Origin: Rebecca billardiae RCC1528
Taxonomy: Eukaryota; Protista; Haptophyta
DNA length: 64,000 nt
Reading direction: 5' to 3'
NCBI GenBank assembly: GCA_965240325.2
Contig: OZ251225.1
Location: 2,046,001 to 2,110,000 of the forward strand
In this document: positions 57,252 to 64,000 of the stretch, one piece after another
Numbering within the stretch: the first letter of the stretch is position 1
Layout of the letters: each line of letters begins with the position of its first letter
Notes under the pieces: generated by a model
The model's input: only the letters and a program-made list of their open reading frames with translations
Database searches by the model: none
What the model was told of the DNA's origin: nothing
Position numbers and translations under genes: made by a program

Positions 57252-60200
57252 TCACGCGCGGACCCGGAAGCAGCGGGCGCATTGCTTGATCGGCGAGAAG
57301 ATGTACTTGATGACGGTGCGCTGCGCTGGCTCGGGCAGGCAGCGGACGGCGTGGAGCGCGAGCGGCACGCTCATCAGCAGCAGCGGCTCGAGCATGCCCA
57401 CCTTGATCACCTGCTGCGCGAGCATCGTCCTGAGGACCGGCCCCGTCCACGTGGTCACTTGCACCAGCACCGGGTTGAACATCGAGTAGAGAATCATCCC
57501 GACGGACATGCCGACGTAGAGGATCATGTGCACGCTCCACGCGAGCGTGAGCTTCCAGCGGCGCGGCTGCGACCACCAAAGCCGCGCCTTGGTCAGGGAG
57601 CGCTCGTCGATGCGCGCGTACGTCTCGATCGCGCCGATGGCCGCGCGCAGCTGGCGCGCGCGCACGGGCGAGCGCGCGGTAGGCGACAGCATGTTGCGCA
57701 GAGGCGAGTGCGGCGAGAATGGCGAGTGCGGCGAGAAGAGCGAGCGGAGGCCGCCGCCGGGCGACTCGGCCGCCGGCTGCACCGCCGCATTGAGGCCCTC
57801 GCGCGCGCGCGCGTACGCGGCGAGCAGCTGCGCGTGCGCCACGTCCGGCTCGCAGAAGAGGTCGTCGGTGGTGATGCGCCGGCCGTCGGGGAAGGGCGAC
57901 TCGAACGGCACGACGTGGACCATCGCGCTGCGCTTCTTGCCCAGCCGCGCGGCCGCGGTCGGCTTGACGCGGTAGAAGCGCGTGGCGATGCGGTCCGACG
58001 GCGCGTCGGCCGCCTCGTACACGAGGTGCGCCTGCACGAAGCGCAGGTCCGGCGCATACTCAGGCCGCTCGCCCCACACGCTGCCAGCGCTCGCCGCAGC
58101 CGAGCTCGCGCCGCCGGCGTGGGCGGCGCCGGACGGCGCGAGCGCGCTCCCGCGCCGAGACGGGATGATGGAGCCGGTGAGGGCCGCGCTCCCGCGCCGC
58201 TCCGGGGCGGGGTTCCCGCCGCCCAGGATCTTGCCGAACACCGACGTGCGCCGGCCCTGCGCCACGGCGAGCTTCTCCTTGAACTGCCTGCGCGCCTTCT
58301 CGGTCGAGTCGACCACGTTCACGCGCACGAAGAAGCCGACCATCTCGCCGCGGCGCGCGTGCACGGCCATCAGCGCCTTGGCGGGCATGTGCACCGAGTC
58401 GGTCGAGCCCGAGGCGTGGACCTCCTCGCCCGAGCGCGGCGCGAGGCCCAGCTTCGGAGGGCACACGTACAGCAGCTTGTGCGCCGCGCGCAGCACGGCC
58501 GGCGGCACCGTCACGCCCGCATCCTTGCCGGACGGCTTGGGCGGCGCTCCTTCCGAGGCGGGCGCGGAGTTGTCGGTGATGGTGGCGGAGCCTGCGTCGG
58601 ACAGCTGGGCCGAAGGGGCGCTGCCGCGGCGCATCCCACCACTGCCACCACCGCCGCGCTTCTTCTCGTCCGCCTCCTCGTCGTCCAGGAAGATCGAGTC
58701 GTACCACTCGGCGGGCACGCCCAATTGCGTCGCGCGAACGGCCTGTGCCTCGCGCTCGGCGGCTGCGAGGTCGGTGACGGACCCGCTCCGGGAGAGCTCG
58801 CCGGGCGCGGACGGCGACGGCGGCGACGGCGGCGGCTCGACGGGCGGCGCGCGGGCAGGCATGGGCGGAGAGGGCGGCGGCTCGATGGGCGGCGCCGGCT
58901 TGGGCGGCGGGACGCTGACCGACATGGCGCGCGTCGCGCGCGCGAATGCTTCGCTTAGCGCGCCGCTCGCGCCGGCGCCGTCGGCCGGCGGCTCGGCGGC
59001 CGGGGCGTCGGCGTGGGCGAGGCCGGCGGGCGGCATGATCGAGACGAAGGCTGTCTGCGGCGCGCCGCGCCGCTCGACGCGCAGCCAGAACGGCAGCCGG
59101 AACGGCACGCTGCACCAGCCGCACATCCGCTTGAAGAGCGACTCGCGCTTGAGCTCGCGATCGTATTTCTTGATGAGCCGGTGCTTGAGCCGCGCGAGCG
59201 GGCGGCGCCGATTCGCCCACGTGTACAGGAAGTGGATGGCGAGCTCGAAGGGCACGCCGACGCCGACGGCGATGAGCGCGAGGTACAGCCAGCTCCGCGC
59301 GATCGGCACCTCCATGCCGATCGCCACGACCACCAGCAGCGTCTCGCCGAGCAGCGAGTTGTACACGATGGTGGCGCGCTGCTTGCACGTGTCGAGCTGG
59401 CCGGGCAGCCGCGTGAGCCACCACGTGAGCGACGAGCGCGCGAGCAGCGCGGCGCCGAGCGCGTGGCACAGGCTGTTGTCCTCCTTGCGCTTCCACATCG
59501 GCACGTACGGCTCGCGCTCGATGTGCCGGTCGCGCCGCCAGCCGACGTACAGCATGAACCAGTACAGCGTGAGCATGATCAGCGTGGCCAGCAGCCCGCT
59601 GAACCCGAAGCGCACGCCGTCGAGCGACGCCGCCTCAGCCTCGAGCAGCGGGTCCGACGCGTCGAGGGCCGGCTCGTCGGCCGGCGGCGGGATCGGCTGG
59701 TACACGGCGACGAAGTCGGTGAGGTGCGTGCACTCGCACGTGAGCGGGCTGGTCAGCGTGTCGCCCGCCTCTGTGCACCCCGCCGAGTCCCACGCGCCGA
59801 GGGCGTCGCTCCAGAAGCGGCAGCCGAAGCCAACCTCGTCGCCCTCGGCGAGCAGCGACGCGTCGGTCGGGATGATGATCGTGACGACAGGCGGCGAGAC
59901 GCCGGCCGCGACGAGCGCGGCCAGGTCGATCTTGATCGGGCTGCCGTTGAACCACACGGTCACGCTGACCAGCCCGCTGCCCATCGCGTACCCGCCCTCG
60001 GGCGTGAACGCGCGGAAGTTGTTCTCCCAGTGCACGATCGTGATCGTCAGCTCGCCAATGGCCGACGCGTTGGTCCGGCCTCCGAGCACGCCCGAGTCCA
60101 GCAGCGCCTGCTGCGCGGCCACGGGAAACCTGTACGTGGCGACCTCGCGCTCCGAGCCGATCTCCACCGCCCCAGAGTCGAGCTCGATGTCCTCCAGACC

Positions 60201-63200
60201 CAACGCCGACACCTGCGGCCGGTACGCCAGGATGGCCACCTCGCCGTATGAAGTCGGAACCGACGCGTTCGCGGTGCCGCCGGGCGCGAGCGTCGCAGAG
60301 AGCACGGCGACGTACTCGCGCACGGCGGCGTCGACGCGCGCGGCGCGGAGCACGGCGTCCTGGGCGGTCTCGTCCACGCCGCCCGCGTCCCCGCCGCCAT
60401 CCACCACGCCGCCCGTCGAGCCCGAGTCCGGGTCCGGCAGGACTCCGAGCTCGAGCAGGTCCACGACGCGCGCCTCGATCTGGTTCGCCCAGTCGACGGG
60501 CGGCGGGCTGGGCGGCGGGCTCGGCGGCGGCGACGGCGGTGGCGGCGAGAGCGCGGTGCCCGCCTGGTTGACGCTCCCGCCCGCATCGGCGTAGATCTGC
60601 GCTACCTGCGCAGCGTCCAGGTCGCGCTCCCAGAAGCCCACGTCGTCCATGCTCCCCAGCAGCGGCGCGCTGCCCGGCTGCACGCCCGCGCCCAGACGCA
60701 CCGAGCCGCTCGAAGCGGTGTCGAGCGGCGCGCTCAGCGTGCTCGCCGCCGCGGGCGTGCCGTTCACGTACAGCGTGAGCTGGCGCGTGCCCGAGTGGTA
60801 CGTCGCGACCACGTGCACCGGCGTGCCGAGCGGGTGTGCCGCGCTGTCGCACAGCGTCTGCTCGCCCGTGCTCACGCACACGCGGCCGCCCGCCGTGTGC
60901 ACCTCGAAGAGGCCACCCGGGGAGTCCGCGCCGTACGACACCAGGCCCGCGGCCGCGGCCGACGGGCCCGGCTGCTCGAACCAGAAGGCCACCGAGCGAG
61001 ACACGTCGCCCGTTGACGGCGGCGGCCCGTCGACGAGCTGCAGGTCGCCGTCGAAGCGCACGCAGCCGCCCACGGCGCACGAAGACCGCTCGGCGTGCCC
61101 CCAGCCGTCAGCACCCCCCGACGCGTCGCCAAAGCCCGAGCGCGGCGCGCCCGAGCCATCAGTCGGCACGAGGGGCGACGCGCCACCCGCGTCGTCGGAG
61201 AGGCGCCCATCGAGCGGGAAGTGCACAACCAGTTGGGCAGGCGGCGGTGGAGGCGGCAGTGGCGGGGGTGGAGGGCTGGGCGGCGGGCTCGGCGGCGGCG
61301 ACGGCGGTGGCGGCGGTGGCGAGCTGGGCGGTGGTGGCGATGGCGGCGGCGATGGCGGCGGCGGCGGCGGCGGGCTCGGCGGTGGAGGGCTGGGCGGCGG
61401 GCTCGGCGGCGGCGACGGCGGTGGCGGCGGTGGAGAGCTGGGTGGTGGTGGCGATGGCGGCGGCGATGGCGGCGGGGGCGGCGGCGGAGACGGCGGCGGC
61501 GGGCTGGGCGGCGGGCTCGGCGGCGGCGACGGCGGTGGCGGCGGTGGCGAGCTGGGCGGTGGTGGCGATGGCGGCGGCGATGGCGGCGGCGGCGGCGGCG
61601 GGCTCGGCGGTGGAGGGCTGGGCGGCGGGCTCGGCGGCGGCGACGGCGGTGGCGGCGGTGGAGAGCTGGGTGGTGGTGGCGATGGCGGCGGCGATGGCGG
61701 CGGGGGCGGCGGCGGAGACGGCGGCGGCGGGCTGGGCGGCGGGCTCGGCGGCGGCGACGGCGGTGGCGGCGGTGGCGAGCTAGGCGGTGGTGGCGATGGC
61801 GGCGGCGATGGCGGCGGGGGCGGCGGCGGAGACGGCGGAGGCGGGCTGGGCGGCGGGCTCGGCGGCGGCGACGGCGGTGGCGGCGGTGGCGAGCTGGGCG
61901 GTGGTGGCGATGGCGGCGGCGATGGCGGCGGGGGCGGCGGCGGGCTCGGCGGCGGCGGGCTGGGCGGCGGGCTCGGCGGCGGCGACGGCGGTGGCGGCGG
62001 TGGCGAGCTGGGCGGTGGTGGCGACGGTGGCGGCGATGGCGGCGGGGGCGGCGGCGGGCTCGGCGGCGGAGGGCTGGGCGGCGGGCTCGGCGGCGGCGAC
62101 GGCGGTGGCGGCGGTGGCGAGCTGGGCGGTGGTGGCGACGGCGGCGGCGATGGCGGCGGGGGCGGCGGCGGAGACGGCGGTGGAGGGCTGGGCGGCGGGC
62201 TCGGCGGCGGCGACGGCGGTGGTGGCGGTGGCGAGCTGGGCGGTGGTGGCGACGGCGGCGGCGATGGCGGCGGCGGCGGCGGCGGAGACGGCGGTGGAGG
62301 GCTGGGCGGCGGGCTCGGCGGCGGCGACGGCGGTGGCGGCGGTGGCGAGCTGGGCGGTGGTGGCGATGGCGGCGGCGATGGCGGCGGCGGCGGCGGCGGG
62401 CTCGGCGGCGGAGGGCTGGGCGGCGGGCTCGGCGGCGGCGACGGCGGTGGCGGCGGTGGCGAGCTGGGCGGTGGTGGCGATGGCGGCGGCGATGGCGGAG
62501 GGGGCGGCGGCGGAGACGGCGGCGGCGGGCTGGGCGGCGGGCTCGGCGGCGGCGACGGCGGTGGCGGCGGTGGCGAGCTGGGCGGTGGTGGCGACGGCGG
62601 CGGCGATGGCGGCGGGGGCGGTGGCGGAGACGGCGGCGGCGGGCTGGGCGGCGGGCTCGGCGGCGGCGACGGCGGTGGCGGCGGTGGCGAGCTGGGCGGT
62701 GGTGGCGACGGCGGCGGCGATGGCGGCGGCGGCGGCGGCGGAGACGGCGGTGGAGGGCTGGGCGGCGGGCTCGGCGGCGGCGACGGCGGTGGCGGCGGTG
62801 GCGAGCTGGGCGGTGGTGGCGATGGCGGCGGCGATGGCGGCGGGGGCGGCGGCGGGCTCGGCGGAGGCGGGCTGGGCGGCGGGCTCGGCGGCGGCGACGG
62901 CGGTGGCGGCGGTGGCGAGCTGGGCGGTGGTGGCGATGGCGGCGGCGATGGCGGCGGCGGCGGCGGCGGGCTCGGCGGCGGAGGGCTGGGCGGCGGGCTC
63001 GGCGGCGGCGACGGCGGTGGCGGCGGTGGAGAGCTGGGCGGTGGTGGCGACGGCGGCGGCGATGGCGGCGGCGGCGGCGGCGGAGACGGCGGCGGCGGGC
63101 TGGGCGGCGGGCTCGGCGGCGGCGACGGCGGTGGTGGCGGTGGCGAGCTGGGCGGTGGTGGCGATGGCGGCGGCGATGGCGGCGGCGGCGGCGGCGGGCT

Positions 63201-64000
63201 CGGCGGTGGAGGGCTGGGCGGCGGGCTCGGCGGCGGCGACGGCGGTGGCGGCGGTGGCGAGCTGGGCGGTGGTGGCGATGGCGGCGGCGATGGCGGCGGC
63301 GGCGGCGGCGGGCTCGGCGGTGGAGGGCTGGGCGGCGGGCTCGGCGGCGGCGACGGCGGTGGCGGCGGTGGCGAGCTGGGCGGTGGTGGCGATGGCGGCG
63401 GCGATGGCGGCGGGGGCGGCGGCGGGCTCGGCGGTGGCGGGCTGGGCGGCGGGCTCGGCGGCGGCGACGGCGGTGGCGGCGGTGGCGAGCTGGGCGGTGG
63501 TGGCGATGGCGGCGGCGATGGCGGCGGGGGCGGCGGCGGAGACGGCGGCGGAGGGCTGGGCGGCGGGCTCGGCGGCGGCGACGGCGGTGGCGGCGGTGGC
63601 GAGCTGGGCGGTGGTGGCGATGGCGGCGGCGATGGCGGCGGGGGCGGCGGCGGGCTCGGCGGTGGAGGGCTGGGCGGCGGGCTCGGCGGCGGCGACGGCG
63701 GTGGCGGCGGTGGCGAGCTGGGCGGTGGTGGCGACGGCGGCGGCGATGGCGGCGGGGGCGGCGGCGGAGACGGCGGCGGAGGGCTGGGCGGCGGGCTCGG
63801 CGGCGGCGACGGCGGTGGCGGCGGTGGCGAGCTGGGCGGTGGTGGCGATGGCGGCGGCGATGGCGGCGGCGGCGGCGGCGGGCTCGGCGGCGGAGGGCTG
63901 GGCGGCGGGCTCGGCGGCGGCGACGGCGGTGGCGGCGGTGGCGAGCTGGGCGGTGGTGGCGATGGCGGCGGCGATGGCGGCGGGGGCGGCGGCGGAGACG
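57252..64000 (-). CDS. Giant polycystin-1-like/GPS-domain membrane protein, 5'-partial: (SPPP)n stalk, LamG-like domain, GAIN/GPS, about 5 TM
   Basis: The frame appears open from the window end. LamG-like segment (VHVVATY...LYVNG...GSMDDVGFWERDL) at about 60590-61230. GPS motif CRFW...WDSAGC...CECTHLTDF at about 59710-59823. TM1 follows the GPS, then two more TMs, a long loop and two C-terminal TMs. Confidence 0.85.
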   Translation of the reverse strand, partial: SPPPPPPPSPPPSPPPPSSPPPPPPSPPPSPPPSPPPPSPPPPPPPSPPPSPPPPSSPPPPPPSPPPSPPPSPPPPSPPPPPPPSPPPSPPPPSSPPPPPPSPPPSPPPSPPPPSPPPPPPPSPPPSPPPPSSPPPPPPSPPPSPPPSPPPPSPPPPPPPSPPPSPPPPSSPPPPPPSPPPSPPPSPPPPSPPPPPPPSPPPSPPPPSSPPPPPPSPPPSPPPSPPPPSPPPPPPPSPPPSPPPPSSPPPPPPSPPPSPPPSPPPPSPPPPPPPSPPPSPPPPSSPPPPPPSPPPSPPPSPPPPSPPPPPPPSPPPSPPPPSSPPPPPPSPPPSPPPSPPPPSPPPPPPPSPPPSPPPPSSPPPPPPSPPPSPPPSPPPPSPPPPPPPSPPPSPPPPSSPPPPPPSPPPSPPPSPPPPSPPPPPPPSPPPSPPPPSSPPPPPPSPPPSPPPSPPPPSPPPPPPPSPPPSPPPPSSPPPPPPSPPPSPPPSPPPPSPPPPPPPSPPPSPPPPSSPPPPPPSPPPSPPPSPPPPSPPPPPPPSPPPSPPPPSSPPPPPPSPPPSPPPSPPPPSPPPPPPPSPPPSPPPPSSPPPPPPSPPPSPPPSPPPPSPPPPPPPSPPPSPPPPSSPPPPPPSPPPSPPPSPPPPSPPPPPPPSPPPSPPPPSSPPPPPPSPPPSPPPSPPPPSPPPPPPPSPPPSPPPPSSPPPPPPSPPPSPPPSPPPPSPPPPPPPSPPPSPPPPSSPPPPPPSPPPSPPPSPPPPSPPPPPPPSPPPSPPPPSSPPPPPPSPPPSPPPSPPPPSPPPPPPPSPPPSPPPPSSPPPPPPSPPPSPPPSPPPPSPPPPPPPSPPPSPPPPSSPPPPPPSPPPSPPPSPPPPSPPPPPPPSPPPSPPPPSSPPPPPPSPPPSPPPSPPPPPLPPPPPPAQLVVHFPLDGRLSDDAGGASPLVPTDGSGAPRSGFGDASGGADGWGHAERSSCAVGGCVRFDGDLQLVDGPPPSTGDVSRSVAFWFEQPGPSAAAAGLVSYGADSPGGLFEVHTAGGRVCVSTGEQTLCDSAAHPLGTPVHVVATYHSGTRQLTLYVNGTPAAASTLSAPLDTASSGSVRLGAGVQPGSAPLLGSMDDVGFWERDLDAAQVAQIYADAGGSVNQAGTALSPPPPSPPPSPPPSPPPVDWANQIEARVVDLLELGVLPDPDSGSTGGVVDGGGDAGGVDETAQDAVLRAARVDAAVREYVAVLSATLAPGGTANASVPTSYGEVAILAYRPQVSALGLEDIELDSGAVEIGSEREVATYRFPVAAQQALLDSGVLGGRTNASAIGELTITIVHWENNFRAFTPEGGYAMGSGLVSVTVWFNGSPIKIDLAALVAAGVSPPVVTIIIPTDASLLAEGDEVGFGCRFWSDALGAWDSAGCTEAGDTLTSPLTCECTHLTDFVAVYQPIPPPADEPALDASDPLLEAEAASLDGVRFGFSGLLATLIMLTLYWFMLYVGWRRDRHIEREPYVPMWKRKEDNSLCHALGAALLARSSLTWWLTRLPGQLDTCKQRATIVYNSLLGETLLVVVAIGMEVPIARSWLYLALIAVGVGVPFELAIHFLYTWANRRRPLARLKHRLIKKYDRELKRESLFKRMCGWCSVPFRLPFWLRVERRGAPQTAFVSIMPPAGLAHADAPAAEPPADGAGASGALSEAFARATRAMSVSVPPPKPAPPIEPPPSPPMPARAPPVEPPPSPPSPSAPGELSRSGSVTDLAAAEREAQAVRATQLGVPAEWYDSIFLDDEEADEKKRGGGGSGGMRRGSAPSAQLSDAGSATITDNSAPASEGAPPKPSGKDAGVTVPPAVLRAAHKLLYVCPPKLGLAPRSGEEVHASGSTDSVHMPAKALMAVHARRGEMVGFFVRVNVVDSTEKARRQFKEKLAVAQGRRTSVFGKILGGGNPAPERRGSAALTGSIIPSRRGSALAPSGAAHAGGASSAAASAGSVWGERPEYAPDLRFVQAHLVYEAADAPSDRIATRFYRVKPTAAARLGKKRSAMVHVVPFESPFPDGRRITTDDLFCEPDVAHAQLLAAYARAREGLNAAVQPAAESPGGGLRSLFSPHSPFSPHSPLRNMLSPTARSPVRARQLRAAIGAIETYARIDERSLTKARLWWSQPRRWKLTLAWSVHMILYVGMSVGMILYSMFNPVLVQVTTWTGPVLRTMLAQQVIKVGMLEPLLLMSVPLALHAVRCLPEPAQRTVIKYIFSPIKQCARCFRVRA
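61240..64000 (-). repeat. Coding Ser/Pro tandem repeat (about 100-120-bp units; SPPPSPPPPSPPPPSSPP...)
   Basis: More than 2.7 kb of ggcggc/ggcgat/gggctc repeats reading almost only Pro and Ser in the frame of the GPS protein. Confidence 0.92.

Noticed and set aside
57141-60594. Large plus-strand ORFs (605 aa and 870 aa) and similar shadows over 10977-12746 and 40308-42150
   Set aside because: They are antisense shadows of GC3-biased genes on the opposite strand.

Overview
This is very GC-rich, repeat-dense eukaryotic DNA. It contains a GT-AG intron-bearing gene, (TA)n microsatellites and LTR retrotransposons. GC content and gene style suggest an alga, possibly a haptophyte, but this is inference only. 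Likely host genes are an RSA3-domain protein, a HExxH zinc-peptidase-like protein with a duplicated C-terminal domain, a Cys-rich secreted protein, a 3-exon NDR-family kinase, a TM+MYND protein, a CAP+2xLIM protein, and the 3' part of a giant (SPPP)n-LamG-GPS-multi-TM polycystin-like protein that runs off the window end. There is also an EsV-1-7-repeat ORF and a frameshifted, truncated DHX34-like fragment. Most of the rest is mobile DNA. A gag-only LTR element (6007-9465) and an RT/RNaseH-only Copia element (32094-35308, plus a truncated copy at about 21.0-23.65 kb) each have matching LTRs and a 5-bp TSD. Each carries an 8-bp TG-N4-CA palindrome where the tRNA primer site should be. Other mobile elements are a three-LTR TRIM with a canonical Met-tRNA PBS, two Helentron-like elements with shared ends but unrelated cargo, a cargo-carrying hAT element and a TTAA piggyBac-like element. 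The window also has several long fold-back inverted repeats and satellites. The most interesting candidates are the complementary gag-only/RT-only LTR elements and the cargo-swapping Helentron-like family. All comparisons were made by eye; no searches were run.
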